Below are positions 1 through 9,600 of a stretch of DNA of 64,000 bases, piece after piece. The position numbers were made by a program, and so were the translations under genes. Under the pieces are notes generated by a model. That model was not told the DNA's origin. It was given only the letters and a program-made list of their open reading frames with translations, and did no database searches. The stretch's first letter is position 1; the number at the start of each line of letters is the position of its first letter. Location of the stretch: the UHGV virus genome UHGV-0371278; one strand, written 5' to 3'. This DNA is from a virus.

Positions 1-1
1 C

Positions 2-541
2 GATATGTCGGATGATGAAATGCGGACGTTCCTGGACAATGATGGCGTGATTCTTTGTGCTTACAACAATACTCGCCGTCGCTTGAACGCACGCGCTCGC
101 CGAATCCTCGGCTACAAAGGTGCGCAGCCGGGAATCGGCGAGAAGCTGGTGTGCACTGGGAACCAGCACGAATATGGAATCATGAACGGCGAACAAGCCA
201 TTCTGCTGGACTTCAAGCCAGTTCCTGAAGGGCAAGAAGATGACGACGAGCCTGATGAAATGTTGTTCGCCAAAGTTCGCATTATCGGCACGAACTATGA
301 GCGCTGGGTGAAGTTCAACCCTCTGAGTTTTTCGGTCGAAGAAGACGTGCGGCTGGAGGCGCAGAAGGCCATTGGCGGATTCGACTTCGGCTGGGCGATG
401 ACGTTCCACAAGTCGCAGGGTTCAGAATGGAAACGGGTCGCCATGTTAGAAGAAAACTTGCCGTCCATCCCTTATAGTCAGTTGATGTATACTGGGATAA
501 CTCGCGCAATCGAATACTTACTGTTCTTGCGTAAAAGCTAG
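2..541 (+). CDS. Dda/RecD-like SF1 DNA helicase, C-terminal fragment (5' end lies outside/around the window edge)
   Basis: Reading frame open to window edge; motifs AMTFHKSQGSEW and YTGITRA resemble helicase motifs V/VI of RecD/Dda-type SF1 helicases; complements N-terminal fragment at 63629-64000. Confidence 0.7.
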   Translation, partial: DMSDDEMRTFLDNDGVILCAYNNTRRRLNARARRILGYKGAQPGIGEKLVCTGNQHEYGIMNGEQAILLDFKPVPEGQEDDDEPDEMLFAKVRIIGTNYERWVKFNPLSFSVEEDVRLEAQKAIGGFDFGWAMTFHKSQGSEWKRVAMLEENLPSIPYSQLMYTGITRAIEYLLFLRKS

Positions 542-700
542 GAACTTCTCGAACATAAATAAGTTCCCTAGAGTTTGGATTTTCCCGAAAGAAAATATTT
601 AGGAAAGTTCAGGCTAAGGTATTCCCTTCTTCAATTAGTTTAGAGATAATCCCCTCACAGGCCAATAAGCCATCCCTTTAAACATTCCCGGAGTAAGAAC

Positions 701-1546
701 ATGGAACAGAAGGACCAGAACGAACAGACCCAAGGCGAAGAGCTGACCAAGGAACAAGCCGCTGCCCTGCGCAAGGCCGAGAAGGCCGCTGAGCGCCAAC
801 GTAAAGAGCGCGAGCGCGCCGAGAAGGCCGAAGCCAAGGCCAAGGAAGCCGAGCAGAAGGAAGCCGAGCGCGCCGAGAAGGCGAAGGAAAAGGCCGCCGC
901 CAAGGAAGCCGAGCGTGCTGAAAAGGCCAAGGCGAAGGAAGCCGAGCAGGCCGAGAAGGCGAAGGCGAAGGAAGCCGAGCGCGAGCAGAAGAAGGCCGAG
1001 AAGGAAGCCGAGCGCGCCAAGAAGGCCGAAGAGAAGAAGGCCGCGCAGGAAGCCCAGAAGGCCGCCCGCGAAGAAGAGCGCAAGCGCCTGGCCGAAGAGA
1101 AGCAGGCAGAGCGCGAGGCCGAGAAGAAGCGTCGCAAGGAAGAGCAGGAAGAGCGCCGCGCGAAGGCCGAAGCCCGCCGCGAAGACCTGAAGTCCAATGG
1201 TTCGCGCCGTCCGCGTGCCACCCACTTCATCCCGACCGGCGACGGCCATGGAACCCCGCAGGCCTTCTCGACTCGCGGCAAGGTGTTTGCTTACATCAAC
1301 GAGCACTGCACCGTTGGTGAGCCGGTCGAAATCGAATCCTTCGGCGAGAAGGTGGCCCACCTGCTGTACGGCACCTCGGTTCGCAGCTATCTGAGCAAGC
1401 TGGAAATCATGGGCTGGGTCGATCTGGTTGCCATCGCTTCGAAGGAAGACGAAGCTGGCCAGGGCGATGACGAGAAGGCCGATGAAGGCCAGGAGCACGA
1501 CGGTGGTGATCAGGGCGCCGACGGTTCCGATGGTGAAGAAGAGTAA
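701..1546 (+). CDS. Lys/Ala/Glu-rich repeat protein (about 10 AEKAKAKEAE-like repeats) with a globular C-terminal domain and an acidic tail
   Basis: ORF with GGAG-type RBS 8 nt upstream; highly repetitive coding nucleotides 780-1190; opposite-strand ORFs are low-complexity poly-Leu artefacts. Confidence 0.55.
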   Translation: MEQKDQNEQTQGEELTKEQAAALRKAEKAAERQRKERERAEKAEAKAKEAEQKEAERAEKAKEKAAAKEAERAEKAKAKEAEQAEKAKAKEAEREQKKAEKEAERAKKAEEKKAAQEAQKAAREEERKRLAEEKQAEREAEKKRRKEEQEERRAKAEARREDLKSNGSRRPRATHFIPTGDGHGTPQAFSTRGKVFAYINEHCTVGEPVEIESFGEKVAHLLYGTSVRSYLSKLEIMGWVDLVAIASKEDEAGQGDDEKADEGQEHDGGDQGADGSDGEEE

Positions 1547-1583
1547 GCCGCCGCTCTTCTGAGACTGAATCGTCTAGCTCTTC

Positions 1584-1614
1584 AAGGGACTCATGAAAAT
1601 GGGTCCCTTTTTTA
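1584..1614 (+). terminator. putative rho-independent terminator
   Basis: stem aagggac/gtccctt followed by ttttta. Confidence 0.4.
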
Positions 1615-1650
1615 TCCTCTCAAGTTTTGTACACTCAGAAGGAACACATC

Positions 1651-2652
1651 ATGATTCCTGATCAGAAAGTCATCATCGTAGGTGCTGGACTCGCCGGACT
1701 GATCGCCGCGCATCGCTTTCCTCAAGCCCAAATCATCGACGCGGCGACGCGTGAGAACAAGGAACGTCACAACGCGCTCTTGCGATTCCGCTCACCAGTC
1801 ATCGGCCAGCTCACCGGCATCCCATTCCGCGAAGTCACCGTACACAAGGCCATCTACATTGACGGCGAGTTCGTTTCTCAGCCGCGCATCGACTACTGCA
1901 ACATGTACTCCAGGAAAGTAACGGGCGGCCTGTCGGATCGGTCCATCTGGAACATGGCGACCGAAAAGCGCTGGATCGCGCCGGCCGACTACTATGAGCA
2001 GCTGGTCGCTAAGCTGGCGAATCGCATCAGCTGGGGAAGGCCTTTCGACGCCTCTTTCTTCCAGTTCCTTCGCCGGCAAGACGATCACGTCAATATCATC
2101 AGCACGGCACCATTCCGCGCAAATCTGGCTGCGGCAGGGCTGGACCTGGGGATCGACCCGTCATTCGGCGAAGGAACCTCCATCGTCGTGAGTCGATACA
2201 AGCTTTCCATTCCTTGTGATGTCTTCCAGACGGTGTATTTCCCTGGTCCCGAAGTGGGAACGTTTCGAGCGTCCATCACCGGCGACACCCTTATCGTCGA
2301 ATCCGTTACTAAGGGCGTCGTGGAGACTGCAGATGGTGAAATCGAAACCATCGAATGGGACAGCAACTGGGACCTGGATGAAGTTTGCTCGGCCTTCGGC
2401 ATCAGGAAGAAGAATCTCATTCCGGACGGCGAGCCGACCGTCCAGACCAAGGGTAAAATCATTCCGCTCGGTCGCGACGAGCGCGAATCCATGATCTGGA
2501 ATCTCACCCATGAAGCCGGCATCTTCTCGCTCGGTCGGTTCGCGACCTGGCGAAACGTCCTTCTGGACGATCTGGTTTCGGACATGGACGTCATCGAGCG
2601 CCTGATGACTTCTTCGTCTTATCAGAAGGCCAAGAAGATGTTCGTGAAATAA
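1651..2652 (+). CDS. FAD/NAD(P)-binding Rossmann-fold oxidoreductase-like protein
   Basis: N-terminal VIIVGAGLAGLIAA dinucleotide-binding GxGxxG motif; AGGAA RBS 9 nt upstream of ATG at 1651 (ORF track start 1627 less likely). Confidence 0.5.
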   Translation: MIPDQKVIIVGAGLAGLIAAHRFPQAQIIDAATRENKERHNALLRFRSPVIGQLTGIPFREVTVHKAIYIDGEFVSQPRIDYCNMYSRKVTGGLSDRSIWNMATEKRWIAPADYYEQLVAKLANRISWGRPFDASFFQFLRRQDDHVNIISTAPFRANLAAAGLDLGIDPSFGEGTSIVVSRYKLSIPCDVFQTVYFPGPEVGTFRASITGDTLIVESVTKGVVETADGEIETIEWDSNWDLDEVCSAFGIRKKNLIPDGEPTVQTKGKIIPLGRDERESMIWNLTHEAGIFSLGRFATWRNVLLDDLVSDMDVIERLMTSSSYQKAKKMFVK

Positions 2653-2664
2653 TTTACACAAAGT

Positions 2665-2717
2665 GCTTTACTTCTGAGCCAGGTGAGAGTAGTATTCCCT
2701 CATCGAAACGCGAAACC
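2665..2717 (+). promoter_or_regulatory. phage promoter-family copy (TTTACT -35-like, 17 nt, TAGTAT -10-like, then conserved CATCGAAACGCGAAACC leader)
   Basis: motif shared with copies at 44451, 46604, 50408, 50728. Confidence 0.5.
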
Positions 2718-2741
2718 CTTCAACCAAAAGGAATCGACAAA

Positions 2742-2972
2742 ATGGCCCGCGAAGTAACCTTCTCCACCGACAAAAACACCACCAAGACCTACGCCACCAA
2801 GATCAACCTCGAACGCGCCATCGCCAAGGCCGAATGGCTCGGTGAAAGTGCACGCTACTTCATCCACATGACCGAGGATGGACGCCTGACCCCTGTATTC
2901 CTTCTTAACAGCCTTCCTGAGGGAGCTGGCGCGGTATGGTGCGCCCAGCACGGCTGGAACGTGGTAGGTTAA
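2742..2972 (+). CDS. hypothetical protein
   Basis: first ORF downstream of conserved promoter/leader; RBS aaggaa. Confidence 0.45.
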   Translation: MAREVTFSTDKNTTKTYATKINLERAIAKAEWLGESARYFIHMTEDGRLTPVFLLNSLPEGAGAVWCAQHGWNVVG

Positions 2973-3190
2973 TGGCAGTCGATCCTCGCGAGGCAGCGCT
3001 CAAGCGGGCGCTGCTGGCTTTCTTCAGGGACACGGATGCCCTTGGCGGCGGGAGTCTCACAATAACAGCCCGAATCGTCGGGCCAGAAGGCGACAGGAAG
3101 TTTCGCGCCAGTTATTTTCTGAACGGCGAGAAGTTAAGCCTGTCCGATATAATCGCTAAAGTGGAGGCCGAAGATGGGCCGGATCGTTAA
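2972..3190 (+). CDS. hypothetical protein
   Basis: TAATG stop/start overlap with preceding gene. Confidence 0.35.
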   Translation: MAVDPREAALKRALLAFFRDTDALGGGSLTITARIVGPEGDRKFRASYFLNGEKLSLSDIIAKVEAEDGPDR

Positions 3191-3392
3191 CATCAAAGTT
3201 GTCATTTCTCGCACGACAGAGCGCGACTTCATGGGTTCGCCGTACATCCATGAGTCTTATCGAACTTTCACCTTCGGCGCCGACACAACGATGGTTGCGG
3301 CAATCGACTGGGTGAAAAGCCAGTGCCCGGAAATCGTGGACATGCTCATCTACGAACCGGAAACAGTGGCCGCTCAGCAGGAGCGCTATTAA
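3174..3392 (+). CDS. hypothetical protein
   Basis: ORF overlapping preceding gene end; same strand tiling. Confidence 0.35.
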   Translation: MGRIVNIKVVISRTTERDFMGSPYIHESYRTFTFGADTTMVAAIDWVKSQCPEIVDMLIYEPETVAAQQERY

Positions 3393-3424
3393 TGTACTCA
3401 CCAGACCATCCTGAAGAGGTTCCC

Positions 3425-3658
3425 ATGTCTTTCCTCGAAATGCAAATCGACCCGCCGCAAACGCGACAGACAGCGCCGTCTTTCGTGCTGGTAGGCATCC
3501 TGTACCTGATCGGCGATGGGCGCCTGGACGATAAGCCTTTCACTTCGTTCAACCTGTCGTTCGGCAGTCGCGAAGAGGCCGAGCGCGCCCGCGACAAGAT
3601 TATTGAGCATTACCTGGACCGTCGCGATATTCGCGCCGAAATCATCCGCTGCTACTGA
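3425..3658 (+). CDS. hypothetical protein
   Basis: GAAGAGG RBS 5 nt upstream of ATG 3425 (alternative start 3392). Confidence 0.4.
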   Translation: MSFLEMQIDPPQTRQTAPSFVLVGILYLIGDGRLDDKPFTSFNLSFGSREEAERARDKIIEHYLDRRDIRAEIIRCY

Positions 3659-3665
3659 GGTCACC

Positions 3666-3872
3666 ATGTCGATTGAACTTGTGTACCGAACCTCTGATGG
3701 AACCGTCTTCTCATCCATTCAGGAGGCTGAAGAGTATGAGTCGCGTCTGGAGGCCTGCGAACTGCTCAAGGAAGAGATAGAGCAGTATGGCCTTCGTAAA
3801 GAGCAAGCCCAAGGCCTGGCCCTGGCTCTCACCGAAAAATTCCACTTCACACCAATTCCGGAAGATTTCTGA
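3666..3872 (+). CDS. hypothetical protein
   Basis: GAGGT RBS; internal start of ORF 3516-3872. Confidence 0.4.
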   Translation: MSIELVYRTSDGTVFSSIQEAEEYESRLEACELLKEEIEQYGLRKEQAQGLALALTEKFHFTPIPEDF

Positions 3873-4789
3873 TGAAGATTTCTCTGATCAGTTACACCCA
3901 GAACGCCTGGGAATTGCTCTTGGGAACGAAGTCCACCCGCATGCGCGGCCAAGACCCGGCGACCATGACCGAGGCCGAAAAGCTCGACCACTGGAAGTAC
4001 ATGCTGGACACCATCCGCTCGCCGTTCGAGTTCGTGGACTTCATTTTCCAGATCGAGGGTGTCAGCAAGAACTTCACCCATCAACTAGTTCGGACTCGTA
4101 CCGGGGCTTACCAGCAGGAAACCAGTCGCGCTCTGGAAATCAGCGCCGTCGTTCAGCCGGAAGCATTCCGCTGGGAATTCGACGAACCGGCTACGGTAAA
4201 TGGCGAGCCTGACCCGACCTACCATGTCCGCGAAGAGCTGAACCGTCTGTGGCATGACGCCATTGCCGACGCGCAAACCAGCTACCAGAAGCTTCTGGAG
4301 GCCGGCGCGTCGCTCCAGGACGCTCGTGCCATCATCCCTTCCAACATGGAAACGAAGATCGCGGCCAAGTTCAATCTGCGGACTCTCAGCGACATGGCGA
4401 AGGTTCGCCTGTGCGTTCGGACCCAGGGTGAATATCAGGAAGCGTTCCGCGAAATGCGCCGGCTGGTTCTGGAAGTCTATCCGATGTTCGACAGCCTGCT
4501 TCAGCCGCACTGCGTCGCCACCGGCTCCTGCGCCTTCCCGCGCTATGGGTCGAAGGTGATGAATGAAGAGGAAATCCAGCAGAAATCCTATGACCGGTTC
4601 ATGTCCGCTCTGGAGACGAAGCCCGGCCAGATTCCTGTGGTTGATGTTACGTTGGAACCTATCTACCAGTGCAAGTTCTATCGCCCCTGGATGGATCGCT
4701 CGGCCGAGCAGGAAGAGCTGCGCCGCGATTTCTGGGGATCGGAAAAACAGGAGGCCAACCCTGTGGCCGTCAACGGGAAGTCCATGTAA
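3872..4789 (+). CDS. thyX: flavin-dependent thymidylate synthase ThyX-like
   Basis: ThyX signature region FTHQLVRTRTGAYQQETSRAL (R-x-R...S...R pattern; the usual RHR is RTR here); start overlaps previous stop (TGATG). Confidence 0.55.
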   Translation: MKISLISYTQNAWELLLGTKSTRMRGQDPATMTEAEKLDHWKYMLDTIRSPFEFVDFIFQIEGVSKNFTHQLVRTRTGAYQQETSRALEISAVVQPEAFRWEFDEPATVNGEPDPTYHVREELNRLWHDAIADAQTSYQKLLEAGASLQDARAIIPSNMETKIAAKFNLRTLSDMAKVRLCVRTQGEYQEAFREMRRLVLEVYPMFDSLLQPHCVATGSCAFPRYGSKVMNEEEIQQKSYDRFMSALETKPGQIPVVDVTLEPIYQCKFYRPWMDRSAEQEELRRDFWGSEKQEANPVAVNGKSM

Positions 4790-4982
4790 CATGAAGATCA
4801 TTGTCGAGAAAGTTGGCGACATCGCACAAGTCGAAGTGACCAACGGCAGCGAATCCATTCGCATCACGATGAACGTGCAATCGTTCGATTTGGTTCAGAA
4901 CGGCGAAGTTTTCCGCCTCACTTCTGATGGGACGTTCATCGAGAAAACCGTCACCCAGAAAGCAACCACCAAGGAAATCTGA
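4790..4982 (+). CDS. hypothetical protein
   Basis: ATG directly after thyX stop. Confidence 0.4.
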
Positions 4983-4984
4983 AT

Positions 4985-6025
4985 ATGGAACGCAAACCCA
5001 AGAATGGCATCATCATCTTCGACCTGGACGGCTGCGTATTCGACGATAGCCACCGAAAGAGCTTCGCCTTGGAACGGCAATGGGACGAGTATCATTCTCG
5101 TCTCGACAAGGACGCTCTCAACCCGCACGCTGTAGGTCGCATCAGAAATGCCATCGACGCAGACCTCATGATCTTCTTCATCACCGGCCGAACCGACAAC
5201 AACTATTTCCAGACCAGGGCGAAAATCCATCGCGACCTGGGTATCGCCGAACATCGCGAATATGAGCTCATCATGCGGGAGTATGGAAACACCCAGCCGG
5301 CGCCGGAGTTCAAGCGCTCAGTCGCGCTAGATATTCTGAAGAAGATCGACGGCCTGACAAAGATCGTCGCGGCATTCGATGATCGCCAGGATATCATCGA
5401 CGCCTACAAGGGCCTGGGCATCGACGCCTACATTCTGGACCTGGAAGGCTGTAACGCGCCGTTCTTCGCCGTCGCGGCCGATAGCGACCCCGATAGCGAC
5501 CCCGGTAGCGCTCCCAACGACATGGCAGGCGAGACGATCGCCGCAGCCTCCTACTCCGCCCCTACTCTCGACGAGGCGCTTGCGCAGGCCCCGTCTCCGC
5601 TCTACGAAGCACCGGCCGAAGAGCAAGCCGAAGAGCCGACCGAAGACGCAGCAGCGCCGTTCGCCATGGAATCCGCCTGGCCTGGTGACGGTGATGCCGA
5701 TCCCGATGATTTCGTGGAGGATGTTCTCAACAACCTGTCCTCAGCCGCAGAAATTTTCCGCGACCGCCAGAGCGCTTATGGTCGAAATGATCTGATGTAT
5801 GGCAAGATCATGGAAATCCTCTTCCCGAATGGCATGGTGGCGAAGACCGCAGATGACCATCGGCTCGCCCTGTTCGTGATGCATACAGTTGGCAAACTCA
5901 CTCGCCTGGCGAATAGTGGGTTTGAGGATGACGATTCGGTATTTGACTTGATCAACTATTCAGCGTTTGTCCACGCCACCATGCACTCCGGCCGCATCAC
6001 GCCGAAAGACGGACAGAAGGCATAA
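4985..6025 (+). CDS. HAD-superfamily phosphatase-like protein with acidic Asp/Pro/Ser-rich C-terminal region
   Basis: N-terminal IIIFDLDGCVFDD (HAD motif I DxDG-type); 12-nt repeat x3 at 5479-5514. Confidence 0.5.
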   Translation: MERKPKNGIIIFDLDGCVFDDSHRKSFALERQWDEYHSRLDKDALNPHAVGRIRNAIDADLMIFFITGRTDNNYFQTRAKIHRDLGIAEHREYELIMREYGNTQPAPEFKRSVALDILKKIDGLTKIVAAFDDRQDIIDAYKGLGIDAYILDLEGCNAPFFAVAADSDPDSDPGSAPNDMAGETIAAASYSAPTLDEALAQAPSPLYEAPAEEQAEEPTEDAAAPFAMESAWPGDGDADPDDFVEDVLNNLSSAAEIFRDRQSAYGRNDLMYGKIMEILFPNGMVAKTADDHRLALFVMHTVGKLTRLANSGFEDDDSVFDLINYSAFVHATMHSGRITPKDGQKA

Positions 6026-6051
6026 CCCTGCGCCGTTGCGGTATACTCTTC

Positions 6052-6080
6052 AGGCCGGTCGCGAAAGCAGCCGGCCTTTC
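6052..6080 (+). terminator. putative hairpin (attenuator/terminator)
   Basis: ggccgg...ccggcc stem followed by tttcg. Confidence 0.3.
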
Positions 6081-6099
6081 GACATAAGAGGGAACAGAC

Positions 6100-6654
6100 A
6101 TGAGATTCGCCGTATGGGATACTGAGACCACAGGACTCCCGTTCCACCAAAGGGTAAGTCTGAGAAAGCAACCGAGGATCATTGAATTCGCCGGAGTGAT
6201 CACCGATGGCGAGACGATTTTGGATGAAGTAGAGTTCATCTGCAACCCTGGGATTGTGATCGAAGAAATCATTACAAAGATCACAGGCCTGAAGAATGAA
6301 GACTTAATCAAACACCCATCGTTCCTCGATCAACGCCAGAAAGTTCGCGATTTCTTTTCGAAGGCCGACGCAAATATTGCCCACAACCTTCCATTCGATA
6401 AATTCATGCTTACCTGCGATTTGGCTCGCGGAAAGCTCGGCCTGGAAGAAGTCAACTTCCCATCGCTCGATATCTGTACTGTAGAAGAGTCGGCACCATT
6501 GTTCGGCCACCGCATGCGGCTGCAGCATCTGTATGAGCACTACTGCGGCCCTTATGTTCAGAAGCACCGGGCATTGGACGACGTGCGGCTGCTCCACGAA
6601 GTATGCAAGCGCATGGGAGTATATCGGGCGTATCAAGCAATGGAGGCCGCATAA
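6100..6654 (+). CDS. DnaQ-like DEDDh 3'-5' exonuclease
   Basis: Exo I motif WDTETTG, Exo II HNLPFD, Exo III HRALDD. Confidence 0.75.
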   Translation: MRFAVWDTETTGLPFHQRVSLRKQPRIIEFAGVITDGETILDEVEFICNPGIVIEEIITKITGLKNEDLIKHPSFLDQRQKVRDFFSKADANIAHNLPFDKFMLTCDLARGKLGLEEVNFPSLDICTVEESAPLFGHRMRLQHLYEHYCGPYVQKHRALDDVRLLHEVCKRMGVYRAYQAMEAA

Positions 6655-9600
6655 TGTCTTTCCCTCAACTCCGCGTTCGCTCCGGCTACTCATACGGCGC
6701 CGCATATGGCAGGTTTCCGGAAATCATCGAGCGCGCCAAAGAAATCGAATCACCTTTTGTTGCCATCGTCGATGATGGGACCTGGGGTCACGTCCGCTGG
6801 GAGCAGGCAGCTACCAAAGCAGAATTGCCTCGCGGATTCGGCATGGAAATCCCGATCAAATGCGCCGATGATGGCGAAAAAGAGCTGAAGCTGAAGGCCT
6901 GGGCGCTAGCCAAAGATACCAGAAAATTCTATCGCCTTACTTCGAAGACTGTCCAGAATCAAGGCTTGTCGCCCAAAGAATTCCAGGATGCTGACGGCAT
7001 CATCAAGTTTGCCGGCGAGGCCTATGCCCACTTGGACTTGGCCGGAATCGACTACATTGACATCAATCCTGCGTCGATGGTCGCCGCGCACGGCGCCATG
7101 GAGACGGCCAGGGCGTTCGGCAAGCCTGTGGTGATTACCTCCTACAACGACATGCCGTCCATCGGCCATGTAGATTTTGCTTCGGCCTGGAAGGTTCGGG
7201 AATCGGTCGGACTTCGCCACATCGCGACTGAGGAAGAGTTGTGGACCCGTCTTCGCCATATCATGACCCGCGAAGAGTTCGACGAGGCCGTGGCCAATAC
7301 GCATGCGGTGGTCGAGCAGCTGGTCGATGTAAAACTGGCAAAAGCGCCAATGATCCACCTAGATGGTGATATCGTCGCCCTGGCTCGCGAGGGCCAAGCC
7401 TACCGTCTCAGTCGCGGCCACATCAAGGAATGGACCCAAGCTTACGAAGATCGGTTCCAGGAAGAAATCAAGCAAATTCAGCTGAAAGACTTCGACAGCT
7501 ACTTCCTGGTGGTAGCCGATCTGGTTGCGTTCGCCAAGAAGCACATGCTGGTCGGCCCGGCTCGCGGCTCTTCGGCCGGCTCTTTGGTCTGCTACCTGCT
7601 GGGTATTACCGAGGTTGATCCGCTCCCGCATCGCCTTCTCTTCCAGCGCTTTATCGACATTTCCCGTTCCGATCTTCCCGATATAGATATCGACTTCGCC
7701 GATACCCATCGCTATCTAGTGTTCGAATATCTCCAGCAGAAATACGGCACTTGGAACGTGGTGAAGCTCGGTAACATCAATACGCTGAAGGCCGCGTCGG
7801 TTATCGCTCACGTCGGGAAGCGCTTCGGCATTCCATTCCATGATACCGACAACATCAAAAACTCGATCATCGAATATACTTCGGCGGACGAACGATATGG
7901 AAAAGGATTGGAGGACACGTTCGAAAAAACTCAACCCGGCCGCGACTTCCGCGAAAAGTATGAGATTGCGTCCGCCTGCATGGGCGACCTCGAAATTCAC
8001 CCATCCCACTCTGGCGTCCACGCGGCAGGCATCCTGGTCTGCAACGATGAAGTAATCGATTTCTGTACGGTTACCTCTGAAGGCGTCGCGCAGCTCGACA
8101 AGCCTGATTCGGAATATTTGAATCTTCTCAAGATTGACGCGCTAGGCCTTCGAACTCTGGGCGTGATCCAAGATGCGAATTGTGTGACGGCGCAAGAGTT
8201 GTACGACTTGCCGCTGAACGACAAGGCGGTTTTGGATGTTCTGAACGAAGACAAGATGTCAGGCATCTTCCAGTTCGAAGGCCAGGCCGTCCGCTCAGTT
8301 GCCAATGCTATCAACATCACCGCGTTCGAAAACATCGACCACATTACGGCGCTCGCTCGTCCGGGTCCGTTGTCTTCGGGAATGGCCACTAAATACATCG
8401 AGCGCGTGGCCGGTCGCGAGCCTGTGACCTATACCATCCCGCAGGTCGAGCAGTATCTGTCTGGTACGTATGGCGTGTTCCTGTACCAAGAACAGATCAT
8501 GTCAATTGTGAAGGATATTGGCCAGTTCGACTGGGAACAAACGTCGGCGATCCGGAAAGCGATGTCGGCGCGGAAGGGCGAAGAGTTCTTCAACAAGCGC
8601 CGAGAATTGTTCATCGAGGGCGCCAAGACCATAGGCGTCGCCCCGGAAGACGCTCACCGAGTTTGGCAGGAAATGGTGACATTCGGCGCCTGGGGATTCA
8701 ACCGCTCCCACTCTGTAAGCTATGCCGTGGTGACGTACTGGACTTGCTACATGAAGCGGTATCATCGCCTGGAATACGCGGCCGCGTGTCTTCGGGCGGC
8801 GAAAGACGACCAGCAAACTGTGTCCATACTTCGCGAATTGGCCAAGGAAGGCGTAGAATATACGGCCCTGGACCCGGAGCATTCCGAACTTAACTGGGTA
8901 GTGGCGGATGGACGCTTGATCGGCGGCATCATGAACGCCAAAGGCTTCGGCCCGGCTAAGGCCGAGCGATTCTTGCGTCTTCGCGAGGAAGTCAAGGCCG
9001 CGAGGATCGCCCTGGCCAATTGCCCGATTTCGGCGCAGGATGTAGAGGATAAGGCCGATGACGTTGCCGCGCTGGAAGCCCAGATTCTTTCGGCGAAAGT
9101 AAGCAGAGACAAAGAACTGGAGAAGCTACTCAAAGCTGATCTCAAGGAGTTGAAAGCTGAACTGAAGGAGTTGAAGGCGCAATATAAAGAGCTGGCCGGC
9201 TCCCATCTTAAAACGCTTCAGGATTGGGAGAAAGTTGCCGCGAGTTTGTCAAATTCTGAGGTTCAATTCGCGGATTTGAATGAATCTCATACGCTCTGGG
9301 GTCATGCCTATGACAATCCTGAGTTGGTTGGGGTGACTTCCGGAAATCCCATTCAGAACATTCGTGATATCCGCGATGGCGACGATGGCCTAGTTATCGT
9401 CAAGCTGGTAAAGAAAGTTCTGTCGGATGAGAATGAACCGATCCGCCAGAAGAAGAGGGCTGACCAAGGAAAGAATCCGGTGTACAAAGGCCAGTCGCAG
9501 TTCCTCGATTTGATGTGCGTGGATGACTCGGTTGACCAACCGATTCGTTTCAGGATTCGCCCTGAAAAATATCTTCAGTACGGTAAGAATATCGCCGAAG

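Noticed and set aside
635-1498. 287-aa and 208-aa minus-strand ORFs rich in Leu/Gly/Ala/Ser
   Set aside because: Antisense of the highly repetitive KAE-repeat gene; low-complexity translation of the repeat, no RBS.
6603-6653. Upstream in-frame extension of the DnaE-like gene proposed by the ORF track
   Set aside because: Overlaps the exonuclease gene; MSFPQLRVRSGYSYG at 6654 matches canonical DnaE N-termini and overlaps the upstream stop (TAATG).
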